Shown here piece after piece: positions 13,548-24,343 of a stretch of DNA of 64,000 bases (position 1 is the stretch's first letter; the number at the start of each line of letters is the position of its first letter). The notes beneath the pieces were generated by a model that saw only the letters and a list, made by a program, of their open reading frames with translations, had not been told where the DNA came from and did no database searches. Source of the stretch: Mesotaenium endlicherianum (taxonomy: Eukaryota); the NCBI GenBank assembly GCA_009602735.1, contig WELA01000694.1, positions 394,986-458,985 of the forward strand. The letters are read 5' to 3'. The position numbers and the translations under genes were made by a program.

Positions 13548-14340
13548 ATGGTCTCAGCCCAACAGAGAGCACAAGTAGAAAGGCTGCTGAAGAAGCACCG
13601 CAAGGTGTTTGCTTTTACCAAGGAGGAGATTGGTAGAACCACTGCCAGTGTGTGTGAGATCACACTAACTTCTAATAACCCAGTCAGACTTGGGCCGCAT
13701 AAGCTCAGTCAGACCGAATGGGACTGTGTGGAGAAAAGTTGCCAGGAGCTGCACAAGCTCGGCATGATCGAGAAATCAACCTCCATACATGGAGCTCCCA
13801 CGGTAGTAGTTGCCAAGAAGGACGAGGATGGCAATTATACAGCCACTCGTATGTGTGGAGACTACAGACGACTGAATCTTCACACGGAGCCAGACAGCTA
13901 TGTGATGCCTACACCAGAGCGTATCTTTGCAATTGCTACCACCGGGAAGGTGTTTAGCATCATCGATCTACGCCAAGGCTTCAACCAGATCCCTGTGAAA
14001 ACAGAAGATCGAGTACTCACTCAGGCCGCAACTCCTAGAGAGGAGTACGTCAATCCCTATGCCTCGCGCTCTAACAACTGAGCGGAGAGCAACTACTCGT
14101 CCTACGAAGGAGAGCTGCTGGCAGTGGTTTGGGTTGTCGCACATTTCAGAGAGTATCTATGGGGAGACCCTTCACGCTGATCACAGATCACTCGCCATTA
14201 CTCTGGCTGATGAAGAATGAAGACCTCACTGGTAAATTGGCTCGCTGGGGTCTTAAGCTCCAGGAGTACGAGATGACAGTGATACATCGAGCAGGTATAC
14301 TCAACAAGGACGCCGATGGACTCAGCAGCAACCCCAAACC
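13548..14340 (+). pseudogene. Reverse transcriptase N-terminal half fused by deletion to the RNase H C-terminal part
   Basis: RMCGDYRRLN and IDLRQGFNQI, then a jump to YASRSNN*AESNYSSYEGELLAV...FTLITDHSPL...ARWGLKLQEY. The YxDD region is missing. Confidence 0.85.
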
Positions 14341-14479
14341 CATCCGCAAACGACAAAACGGGAGCTCGAGAAGATGAAGATTCGAGCAGCCCAGCAGAAT
14401 TGGCAGCTTGCCTGGCTGAAATGGCTAAAATGGTAGCGTCAGGAGAAGCTGAGCCTCTACCCCTGTTCAGTCCAGAGAT

Positions 14480-15925
14480 CTGGAAAGATCAAGCCACTAT
14501 GCATTGGCTGAAGACGGGAGTCCACATGGACGGATTATCAGTGAAAGAAAAAGACCAGGTGAGCCATCGAGCTAAACGGTTTTGCTGGAAACGCAATAAC
14601 CTCTTCAAGATTGAAGAAACTGGTCAGGAGAAGTTGGTGCCAGAACCCACCAAAAGGCGAGCTCTGGTGCAGAAAATGCATGAGAATACTGGACACTATG
14701 GTGTCAAGAAGACATACAATTTTCTGGAGTTGTCTTACTGGTAGAGGGGCATGAAGCAGCAGTGTGAGGATGTGATCAAGGCCTGCAAAAGTTGCCATCG
14801 CGTGAAGGCTGGTTTTACGCAGCAACACCCACACCTGCAACCTCTGCCAATCATTGGCCTAGGCTACCGCGGGAAATGCGATCTTGCAGGAGAGCTACCT
14901 CTGTCCAAGCGAGGTAACAAGTACATTATGGTTATGATTGAGCATTTTTCTAAGTGGATAGAGGTTGTACCTCTAACTGCTAAGGAAAGCTTGGGGACCG
15001 CGGAAGCGCTTCTCAGCGGTGTGATTGTACGTCATGGAGCTCCAGCAGAAGTGCTGACAGACCAAGGATCTGAATTCCAAGGATCTTTTCAGAAACTCTT
15101 GGACAGATGCTTTATTGACCAATGCACTACGTCAAGAGATCACCCACAGGTGAATGGTCTAGCAGAACGGATGGTGCAAACCATAAAGTTTGCGCAAATT
15201 TTACCTTGAGCCTGACAAGCGTGATTGGGATCTGGTGGCTGGTTATGGGTTACAGATTTAGCAAGCAAGCTGCTTTGGCGAATTACTCGCCTTATCAAAT
15301 TCTATTCGGCAGAAGTCCAGTTGTGCCCAGCAGCATCAAGCAGGAGATTGAGCAGGTGAAAGACCTGGACAACCCTGATGAATTGCTAAAAGTCATGTTG
15401 CGCCGCAAGGTGTTATTTGAGCACATGATGCCTGCTGCCCTGGACAATCTGAAAATTGCACAGAAAAGAGACACACAGCGTTACACCATTACGCGAGACG
15501 GGAGCTACCGCCTGCAAATGACGCAGATCCAGGAAGGAGACTTCGTCTACCGCAAGCGCCAGACCAAGACCACCATTGACACCAATTCAGGTGCAGTAAT
15601 CTTACGCGTGAAACGTGCGTTCGACAATGGTGTGTTGGAAGTGGAAGGTTCTGATGGTAAAACCATGAGAGATCACATGCAGAACTGCTCCCTGTCCCAC
15701 TTGCCTAATATCGATCCTACGATTAAGACTGTGCCCGAGGAATTGGTGCCAGCCACACCTTGTGCCAGCTGCAAAGTGCGGGATGATCAAGAAGCAATGG
15801 TAACTTGTGATAAGTGTAGTGCCTGTTGGCACACCTTCTGCATTGGTGAAGAGGAGATTATGGCAGGACGATGGGAATGTCCTGACTGCCTTCATAAAAA
15901 CCCCAGCCACAAGGCCAAGAGATAG
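14480..15925 (+). pseudogene. Integrase (HHCC zinc finger and DDE core) with a C-terminal PHD finger
   Basis: HENTGHYG...CKSC; IEHFSKW, LTDQGSEF and NGLAERM; C4HC3 PHD CASC...CDKC...WHTFC...WECPDC at 15761-15889. Confidence 0.85.
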
Positions 15926-16233
15926 AGGCTTTCAGATGAAAGGCAGGGACGCCTCAACTGAAAGGGAGGGGTGTAAGGGAAGCTGAGGATGAGATAAGTT
16001 TTTGGAAACTTCCACTAAGTGTTGGTAAGGAAGAAGGAGGAACTGGTTGCCGCCATCGACACACGTGCAGGGGACCATTACTCGGTCAATTTTCCCACGT
16101 GCAGCAACGCACCGACACGTCGACCAGGTTGAAGGCACACGTGCTGAGAAGCTACGCACGTGCCAGGGGTCCAACGCTGTTAGGCACGACATGCATTTGA
16201 CGTCATTAAATGCTCTACATTTGGGAGAAGAAC

Positions 16234-16307
<74 letters not shown>

Positions 16308-16415
16308 GGAGAATCTACTTATATCTATAAAATCAAATGTATAAGTCTATTTACATATTTCCAGATACATAAGAAATACATGTATATAAAACTCTCTCTC
16401 TCTCTCTCACTCTCT

Positions 16416-16463
<48 letters not shown>

Positions 16464-17187
16464 NNNNNNNNNNNNNNNNNNNNNNNNNNNNNNNNNNNNN
16501 NNNNNNNNNNNNNNNNNNNNNNNNNNNNNNNNNNNNNNNNNNNNNNNNNNNNNNNNNNNNNNNNNNNNNNNNNNNNNNNNNNNNNNNNNNNNNNNNNNNN
16601 NNNNNNNNNNNNNNNNNNNNNNNNNNNNNNNNNNNNNNNNNNNNNNNNNNNNNNNNNNNNNNNNNNNNNNNNNNNNNNNNNNNNNNNNNNNNNNNNNNNN
16701 NNNNNNNNNNNNNNNNNNNNNNNNNNNNNNNNNNNNNNNNNNNNNNNNNNNNNNNNNNNNNNNNNNNNNNNNNNNNNNNNNNNNNNNNNNNNNNNNNNNN
16801 NNNNNNNNNNNNNNNNNNNNNNNNNNNNNNNNNNNNNNNNNNNNNNNNNNNNNNNNNNNNNNNNNNNNNNNNNNNNNNNNNNNNNNNNNNNNNNNNNNNN
16901 NNNNNNNNNNNNNNNNNNNNNNNNNNNNNNNNNNNNNNNNNNNNNNNNNNNNNNNNNNNNNNNNNNNNNNNNNNNNNNNNNNNNNNNNNNNNNNNNNNNN
17001 NNNNNNNNNNNNNNNNNNNNNNNNNNNNNNNNNNNNNNNNNNNNNNNNNNNNNNNNNNNNNNNNNNNNNNNNNNNNNNNNNNNNNNNNNNNNNNNNNNNN
17101 NNNNNNNNNNNNNNNNNNNNNNNNNNNNNNNNNNNNNNNNNNNNNNNNNNNNNNNNNNNNNNNNNNNNNNNNNNNNNNNNNNNNNNN

Positions 17188-17261
<74 letters not shown>

Positions 17262-17346
17262 AATATCTACTTATATTAATAAGATCAAATTTAAACCCCT
17301 ATTTATATATATACAGACACATAAAATTTACATGTACATAAAATTT

Positions 17347-17408
<62 letters not shown>
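16234..17408. repeat. (CT)n microsatellite blocks flanking an assembly gap (N 16464-17187)
   Basis: Seen directly. Confidence 0.95.
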
Positions 17409-17965
17409 AGTTGGCTTTCAGACACATTCTTTGACGGCATCAGGTGATCGCCGCAAGCGGAACTTGCTAAGTGCCTAAGAATGCATCTATTGTGATACGC
17501 TAGATAGCTAAATGTGCAGATGACATTTAGTTGGATGGCGAATCAGGATGATGGGAAATGGTTGTGGATTTGAGTCACCGAGGTTTTTTTAACGTGGTTA
17601 TTTACCTGATTGGCAGTTACAGGCGGTGCCATCGCCTTGCCATTGACCAATTACCTTATTTTCTGTTCATACGTTATTGGTATCGAAGTCGGCATTCAAG
17701 AACAAGGCCAACTCTGTGCACAATTTAGTGCAAAAGAAGATATGAATCCAAGGCTGCAATCTGTTACACGAAGAGCTTACTTACCCTACTCATGAGGTTA
17801 TTTATTGATAGATGCTATTTTACTTGCATTTGACTTAATGAATATAATTCACCCATTGTATTGTGCTCTTCTTGTTGAACGCGTTAACCAAAACACCATA
17901 AGGAGTTCTTGATAATATAAAGAGTTACAAAAAAAAGTTTATTTCCTATTGGAAATTGATCCAAT
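17408..17965 (+). mobile_element. Old, diverged LTR fragment related to family A
   Basis: Shares gacacattctttgac, ggcggtgccatcgc, ggccaactct and gcatttgactt with the LTR at 18034, in the same order. Confidence 0.75.
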
Positions 17966-18033
17966 TGTAAGACTCTTACCCTGGTTGTACTGCCTCCTCG
18001 ACTTGACTTACCTATTTGGCTGGCCTGTCATAC

Positions 18034-18778
18034 TGTAATGAATCAGTATATTAGTAGATATAATATTCATTTAAATATATTAGTTAATTTAGTTCAGCCT
18101 GCTGAACTTTAGTTAGTAGTCGGTCTGCTGAACTTTAGTTAATAATCAATCTGCTGGACTTTACATAATTATCAGTTTAATGACTCGGCCAAAAGCAGCA
18201 GGCTGAAGTCAACTTAAGTCAGCTTGCTGACACATTCTTTGACAGCCAGCTGACTTCCGTGCTCGGTAGCAGCGAACTGCCTTGATATGCATCTAAGTAC
18301 CACCTGCTAGATGAATGGCCAGATGACATCCCCATGATGGATGGCTATTCGGGATGATGGGAGATGGCGGTGGATTTGGTTAACCGAGGTCCTACCAACG
18401 TGGTTAACTCCCGGGTAGGCGGTGCCATCGCACTGACCGTTGAACAGTAAACTCATTCCATGTACATATGCTAGGCATTGCTCTCGAGTTCGGCATTCGG
18501 AAACGAGGCCAACTCTCTTGTACAGCTTACTGAGAGAGATCTGAATCCAAGGCGAGAAGCCATTGATACGCACTGTCTTCTAACCTTGCTTATGTATGAG
18601 TTTACTGATTTGCATCATTGATGCTAGTTTACTCGCATTTGACTTACGAGTATTATTCCCTGCTAGTGTATTGTCCTTTGCCGTTTAACTAGTTAACGGA
18701 AATACCATAAAGATTACTTGCTGATATAAAGATCTTTATTAATTGTTAATCGCCTATTTGGTAAGTCGATTCATTTCA
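18034..18778 (+). repeat. 5' LTR of A1 (745 bp; one extra 26-bp tandem unit relative to the 3' LTR)
   Basis: tgtaatgaat...tcatttca; near-identical to 26134-26852. Confidence 0.95.
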
Positions 18779-18779
18779 G

Positions 18780-18791
18780 TGGTATCGGAGC
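18780..18791 (+). promoter_or_regulatory. Primer-binding site, initiator tRNA-Met type
   Basis: TGGTATCGGAGC 1 nt after the LTR; the plant consensus is TGGTATCAGAGC. Confidence 0.9.
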
Positions 18792-18812
18792 AGTTATCAC
18801 AGTCTTCTTTGT

Positions 18813-20291
18813 ATGGTAAGGACAAGGTCTCAAACTAGCAACTCCCGAGACATGGAGAACCAGGATAACGAGAATGTCGAAAACCAGGCGGAAAGCCATG
18901 TAGCGGGAAACCGTACCTATTCGGAAGCAGTAGCGGATACTGCAGCTAGGGAGGCAGCAGATGAGGCAGCTGCTATTGCCTCAGTCGCAGCTCAGCAAGC
19001 TGAGGAGGAGATAGCCAGACTAGAAGCTGAACAAGTAGCAAAGGCCGCTGAAGATATACAAAGGAGGGAAGGACAGCCAGCTGACGAGCGCACTGTTGAA
19101 GAACTTATGGCATCAAGGGCCAATGTTCTGAACCCACCTCCTGCCGTACAACTCAATGTACCCCTAGGTCAAATACGTGACCGGCTGAATGCGGCAGGAA
19201 TTGCTGCTGCAGGAGCAAGAGGGATTGTTGAGGACACTACTCAGCGAGTAGATGCCAATGCTGCTGCTGCATTTGCTAATCTACCACCCCAAAATGTAGA
19301 CTTGGGAGCATTGTTCGTTCAGATGCAGTCGCAAATGGCGACCATGTATCAGTCCCAGCAGGAGGACAAAAGAATCATAATGTCCCTACTCCGGGACAGA
19401 GACCAACTGGGGTCTCACACCACTAGTGGTGGTGGCCGAGGGCCTAGTAAGCCCAAGCCGAAACCTCCCCAGGACTATGATCCTGAGGGAAACAGAAAAT
19501 ATTACCTGATCAAGTTTCTCGCGGATGTTGAGCAGTGGCTGGAGAACTACCCAGAACTGCAAGATTACGAGAAGGTCAGGCACACCGGTGCGCTACTGAA
19601 AGGCAGTGCCGCAGACTGGTGGCTTTACTGGAAGGAAGAGCGTAAGGCTCGGCAACTCGGTGACCCTACGTGGGTAGAGTTTGTCGAGAAGTTGCATGAG
19701 AAGTTTGATGTCATCAACCAGCAGGAGAAAGCTATCTATGCGATGATCTCCCTGACACTGAAGCAGACCACTTCAGTTGCTGAGTTTGCTCAAAAGTTCC
19801 AAGAGAACATGATGAAGCAGCCTGATTTGCCAGAACGGTATAGGATAGCATACTTCAGGTATGGCTTGAAATCCGAGGTCTCTGGTCATTTTGCTGAGAA
19901 AAAGTATGAGAAACTGGCTGACTTGATCCAGGATGCTGACGCCTGGGATCAGCAGCAGTTCAATCACAAGCGCCAGAGTAACGCTTTGGTGTCTAAGATT
20001 GTCAAAAAGCCCCACGGTTCCTACAATGCAGTTGAAGGAGACCAGGCTGAGGATAATCAGGGTGATGAATATGAGTATGAGTACAATGCTATTCAGTCTA
20101 GAGGTAGAGGTGGTCCCTCTCGAGGTGGCTATGGAAGGGGTGGTGGTAGGACTAAGCCGAGACCAGCCTCAGCAAAATCTACTTGCTACCATTGTCAGCA
20201 GAAAGGCCACTACAGAGAACAGTGTCCGGTCAAGCACCTGCCTAAGGTCGAGAGAAAAGACCAGCCTTTAAAAGACAGCAACAGTCAGTAA
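18813..20291 (+). CDS. gag: Gag polyprotein of A1
   Basis: [23 protein letters not shown] and FRYGLK capsid motifs; RGG-rich segment; [14 protein letters not shown] knuckle. Confidence 0.93.
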   Translation: MVRTRSQTSNSRDMENQDNENVENQAESHVAGNRTYSEAVADTAAREAADEAAAIASVAAQQAEEEIARLEAEQVAKAAEDIQRREGQPADERTVEELMASRANVLNPPPAVQLNVPLGQIRDRLNAAGIAAAGARGIVEDTTQRVDANAAAAFANLPPQNVDLGALFVQMQSQMATMYQSQQEDKRIIMSLLRDRDQLGSHTTSGGGRGPSKPKPKPPQDYDPEGNRKYYLIKFLADVEQWLENYPELQDYEKVRHTGALLKGSAADWWLYWKEERKARQLGDPTWVEFVEKLHEKFDVINQQEKAIYAMISLTLKQTTSVAEFAQKFQENMMKQPDLPERYRIAYFRYGLKSEVSGHFAEKKYEKLADLIQDADAWDQQQFNHKRQSNALVSKIVKKPHGSYNAVEGDQAEDNQGDEYEYEYNAIQSRGRGGPSRGGYGRGGGRTKPRPASAKSTCYHCQQKGHYREQCPVKHLPKVERKDQPLKDSNSQ

Positions 20292-20308
20292 TCCAGTCTA
20301 CTGACTGT
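20267..20308 (+). promoter_or_regulatory. -1 ribosomal frameshift signal (slippery U UUA AAA plus stem-loop)
   Basis: TTTAAAA at 20267-20273 in the gag frame; 7-nt spacer; perfect 10-bp stem acagtcagta/tactgactgt; the -1 frame is open into pol. Confidence 0.8.
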
Positions 20309-23300
20309 GAGGATGCTAGAGATAGTGAGTCGTCACTAGCTGCCCTCGTAGCAGGTATTATGGGTCCTGCTGAACTGGATTCACTATGCATGCCTGACAA
20401 CCAGATAAAGGAGACCATCAGCAATATAGACGTCCAGAGAGTGCACACTCTGGATGCTCTTGTTCCACCTGATGTCCAACATTTCTTTGCTACGTCAGGA
20501 GAACAATGCGAAAGTCAGGAAAAGACAGTCCCCCCTATCCTACTGCATTGCATGATTGCAGGTAGGAAGGTGAGGGCATTTGTTGACGGAGGGGCGTCAC
20601 ATACTTTTATCCACAAGGACTTAGTTAAGCGGCTAAGGCTGCCTACTGTCACCCAAGGGAATAGAAAAATATTCCTTGGAGATGCCTCAAGTATCCCGGG
20701 AGGAGTTATAACCAAGCCTATTGAGGTCCAGTTAGGTTCTGGCATTGCAGTTCTAACTGAAACGCTTACATTTGAGGTACTCAACACTGGCTTTTATGAT
20801 CTCGTGCTAGGCAGGTCCTGGCTTAATAGACATCAAGCTGAAGTGTGTTGGAGCAGAGGTACAGTTAAAGTGAGAGGAGCCAGTGATGGGCAGACTGACT
20901 TGGCACCCACCAGTGCTCTTCCTCTTGTCCTGTGTGGATGGCAAATGAAGGAAAAGAAGAGGCTTCCAGAAGGATGCAAGTTGCTGAATGCAATGGAGTT
21001 CGTCAAAAGCTGGAACCAGAAGGAAGACAGAATGTTCTGTCTGCTGCTAAGAGAGGTACCTCCTCAACCTGAAGAAGTGGTTGAGAAAAAGGTACACCCT
21101 CCGGAACACCCTACTGCTGCAAACATTGTTGCTCAGTACACGGATGTGTTTAATATGCCTCCAGGACTACCCCCTAAGCGGGAAGTAGATCATAGGATTG
21201 ATTTATTACCTGGTAGCCAGCCACCCTGGCAACGCACGTATGGCTTGTCTTATTTGGAGAGTGAGGAGTTGAAAACACAGATTGCAGAGCTGGAGGAAAA
21301 TGGTTACATTTCTCCCAGTAAATCACCGTACGGCGCACCTATCCTATTTGTTAAGAAAAAGGATGGCAGTATGCGGATGTGTGTGGATTACAGAGCCCTG
21401 AACAGAATTACAGTAAAGAACAAGTATGCTTTACCCAGAATCGAGGACTTGCTTGATACCCTGTCTGGCGCTAAGGTGTTCAGTAAGATAGATCTCAAGA
21501 GTGGTTATCATCAAATCAGAATTGCTGAGGGGGATGAACACAAGACTGCTTTCCGCACACGTTATGGACACTATGAGTTCAACGTGATGCCATTTGGACT
21601 GACTAATGCTCCTGCTACCTTTATGGGTGCTATGAATGACATTTTCAGACCTTATTTGGATAAGTTTGTGCAAGTTTTCCTGGATGATATTTTAATTTTC
21701 TCTAAAGATGAAGCTCAGCACACTGAACACTTAAAGAAAGTGCTGGACACTCTGCGGAAAAATCACTTGTATGCTAAAATGAGCAAGTGTGATTTCTTTA
21801 AGGAAAGTATTGAATTCTTAGGCCACGTTGTCAGTAAAGAGGGCATCAGTGTGGATCCTAAGAAAGTCCAGACCATAAGGGACTGGCCAGTACCACAGTC
21901 TGTCTCTGAAGTTAGATCCTTCCTCGGGTTGGCTAACTACTATAGGAGATTTATTGAGAATTATTCCACAAAGGCCAGTAAACTGACTGACCTTACTAAG
22001 AAAGACATCGGGTATGTGTGGGGGGAAGAGCAGCAGGCTGCCTTCCAGACCCTTAAAGATGCCCTTTGTTCTGCCCCAGTGCTAGCCGTGTATGACCCCA
22101 GCAAACCGGTGCAGGTGGTTACTGATGCCTCTGATTTTGCCATGGGTGCTATTTTGTTGCAGCCTGCTGACAAAACCACAAAGGATGGTAAGGTACGGCA
22201 GGAGTGGCATCCTGTGTTGTATGAGTCTATGAAATTTAATCCAGCGGAGATTAATTACTCAGTGCATGATAAAGAGCTGCTAGCTATCATTCATGTACTC
22301 AAACAGTGGAGAGCATACTTACATGGTAAAGCTTTTAAGGTGATTACAGATCATCTAGCTCTGACCCACTTTCAGAAGAAGTCCAAGCTGTCGAGGAGGG
22401 AGAACCGCTGGAGCCAGATGCTGGAGCAGTTCCAAGTCCAGATCGACTACAAACCAGGGAAGTTGAATCCTGCTGATGCACTCTCTAGAAGACCTGACTT
22501 GCAAGAAAGGAACTTTAGTCAGCATGCTGTAGATAAAGTCCTGTGTGCACTCACTTCACTAAAGGTGAAAAAGTCCTTCCTTGAACAACTTAGGAAAGCC
22601 TACCTTTCTGACCCAACATTTGAGCCCAGCCCCACTACTGGTATGTGTCGTGCTACCGCACTCGGGTATAAGCTCAAGGGAGGGGTCTGGGTGACTGAAA
22701 CCACTTCAGGCAGGCTGAAGCTGGTCATTCCTAATAATTTGGAAATAAGGTCTCTCTTACTGAGTCAAGCTCATGACAGTCTCCTGGGTGGACATTTGGG
22801 GCAGGCCAAAACTGTTGGCAAACTGGCAAAACATTATCATTGGGAGGGGTTACCCCGGGAGGTCTTGAAATATGTCAAGTCCTGTGACCAGTGTCAGAGA
22901 AATAAGTCTCGGCACACACCACCCGGAGGTCTCTTGCAACCGCTACCCATCCCAGCGGGACGCTGGGAAACTATATCCATGGACTGGGTGGTCTCACTAC
23001 CAAGAACTGCCAACGGGCATGATTCAATACTGGTAGTCGTGGATAAACTGACAAAAATGGTCATTTTTATCCCCACAACTGTCAAAGTGACTGCACTCGA
23101 AACAGCGAGACAGTTTTACAACCATGTAGTATGCCAACATGGGCTCCCTTCTAATATCATCTCAGACAGAGACTCAAAATTCACCTCTAAGTTCTGGAGA
23201 GCTTTAATGGGGTTAATGGGAGTCAAACAGCTGCTCAGCACAGCAAACCACCCTCAGACTGATGGGCAGACTGAAAGAACTAACCGAGTTCTGCAGGAGG

Positions 23301-24076
23301 TGCTGAGAGCATATATTAACCAAAAACAAGATAATTGGGATGACCTGTTGCCTCAAATTCAGTTTGCGGTCAACAGTGCGGTGCACGCGTCAACGGGCAA
23401 AACTCCTTTTGAACTCAGCCTGGGTAGAGTCCCTAAGTCTCCTCTAGATGTGCTAGGGGAATCTTTAACTCACCCTGAAGGGATTGACAACCCGGTCTCC
23501 CTCCAGTTAACTCAGGAGTTTGCTGACACCCTGTCAGAAGTCCAACGAAACTTGCACACGGCCCAAGAAAACCAACAAAAATACGCTAATCAACACCGTC
23601 GGGAACTGACATTTTCCAAGGGGGATTTAGTCAAACTGCATTCTCAGCACCTGTACCTCCCTGGTGTGGTCAAGAAAAAGCTTGGCCCTGTCTGGGTCGG
23701 TCCATATTCGGTGGTCCGTCGTGTCGGTCAGAATGCTTACAAACTGAACATGTCAGCTGAATACAAGGGGCACCCGGTCTTTAATGTCTCCTTCCTGGAA
23801 CCGTACATCAAAGGTGATACACTGTTCACAGGTCGGTTCCCTGTCCAACCGGGACCGGTCCCCGCTGTCCGGGACGGCGACCCTGAGGAATATGAGGTCG
23901 ATGAGATTTTAGACGCTCGCTCGGTCCGTCGATCGTCTAAATATGTCATGAAATACCTCATTCGATGGAAGGGTTACGATGCCTCTGGGGACACTTGGGA
24001 GTTTAAGGACCACTTGACCAATGCCAAAGGGGCGTTGACACGGTTCCACCTTCGGGCCGCTGGAGTCCCTCCATAA
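20270..24076 (+). CDS. pol: Pol of A1 (PR-RT-RNase H-integrase-chromodomain), in the -1 frame relative to gag
   Basis: FVDGGAS protease; [10 protein letters not shown] and FLDDILI (RT); TDASD (RH); HHCC finger, SDRD and QTDGQTER (INT); GPY; YEVDEIL...YLIRWKGY...DTWE chromodomain. Confidence 0.95.
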   Translation, partial: KRQQQSVIQSTDCEDARDSESSLAALVAGIMGPAELDSLCMPDNQIKETISNIDVQRVHTLDALVPPDVQHFFATSGEQCESQEKTVPPILLHCMIAGRKVRAFVDGGASHTFIHKDLVKRLRLPTVTQGNRKIFLGDASSIPGGVITKPIEVQLGSGIAVLTETLTFEVLNTGFYDLVLGRSWLNRHQAEVCWSRGTVKVRGASDGQTDLAPTSALPLVLCGWQMKEKKRLPEGCKLLNAMEFVKSWNQKEDRMFCLLLREVPPQPEEVVEKKVHPPEHPTAANIVAQYTDVFNMPPGLPPKREVDHRIDLLPGSQPPWQRTYGLSYLESEELKTQIAELEENGYISPSKSPYGAPILFVKKKDGSMRMCVDYRALNRITVKNKYALPRIEDLLDTLSGAKVFSKIDLKSGYHQIRIAEGDEHKTAFRTRYGHYEFNVMPFGLTNAPATFMGAMNDIFRPYLDKFVQVFLDDILIFSKDEAQHTEHLKKVLDTLRKNHLYAKMSKCDFFKESIEFLGHVVSKEGISVDPKKVQTIRDWPVPQSVSEVRSFLGLANYYRRFIENYSTKASKLTDLTKKDIGYVWGEEQQAAFQTLKDALCSAPVLAVYDPSKPVQVVTDASDFAMGAILLQPADKTTKDGKVRQEWHPVLYESMKFNPAEINYSVHDKELLAIIHVLKQWRAYLHGKAFKVITDHLALTHFQKKSKLSRRENRWSQMLEQFQVQIDYKPGKLNPADALSRRPDLQERNFSQHAVDKVLCALTSLKVKKSFLEQLRKAYLSDPTFEPSPTTGMCRATALGYKLKGGVWVTETTSGRLKLVIPNNLEIRSLLLSQAHDSLLGGHLGQAKTVGKLAKHYHWEGLPREVLKYVKSCDQCQRNKSRHTPPGGLLQPLPIPAGRWETISMDWVVSLPRTANGHDSILVVVDKLTKMVIFIPTTVKVTALETARQFYNHVVCQHGLPSNIISDRDSKFTSKFWRALMGLMGVKQLLSTANHPQTDGQTERTNRVLQEVLRAYINQKQDNWDDLLPQIQFAVNSAVHASTGKTPFELSLGRVPKSPLDVLGESLTHPEGIDNPVSLQLTQEFADTLSEVQRNLHTAQENQQKYANQHRRELTFSKGDLVKLHSQHLYLPGVVKKKLGPVWVGPYSVVRRVGQNAYKLNMSAEYKGHPVFNVSFLEPYIKGDTLFTGRFPVQPGPVPAVRDGDPEEYEVDEILDARSVRRSSKYVMKYLIRWKGYDASGDTWEFKDHLTNAKGALTRFHLRAAGVPP

Positions 24077-24343
24077 CTGTCATTTCAGTTGACACGGGAA
24101 GGTGACAGGCGGTCCTGTCTCCATTTAAGTTGGAGGGGAAAATATATGACAGTTAGTGAGCGAGAGCGATAAAAACACACTCATACGTTTATGTGTAGCG
24201 CATCGCAACTACGTCAACTTTTAGCAATCATCCTGTAAGGTAAACAGCAGCGAAGCCACTATACTAAATACTAACATACTTCCTGCAATCCCTATGACAA
24301 AGGTCCATATCCTACTAACTTGTGCCCTGGTTACATGTGCAGG

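Larger units (their letters stand above)
7068..16230 (+). mobile_element. Decayed Ty3/gypsy retrotransposon encoding Gag-PR-DNA methyltransferase-linker-RT-RNaseH-integrase-PHD; boundaries approximate
   Basis: Domain order PR-RT-RH-INT. Polypurine tract aaagggagggg at 15961-15971 followed by TGTAAG. Possible PBS tggtgag at 7068. Many stops and frameshifts. No matching LTR pair found in the window. Confidence 0.8.

Noticed and set aside
16047..17279. 410-aa ORF in the ORF track
   Set aside because: Made of (CT)n repeats and an N gap; artefact.
18307..18573. 88-aa minus-strand ORF recurring at 26381, 44567 and 57290
   Set aside because: It recurs only because it lies in the LTR; non-ATG start, no motif, and it is shorter in the A2 LTR.
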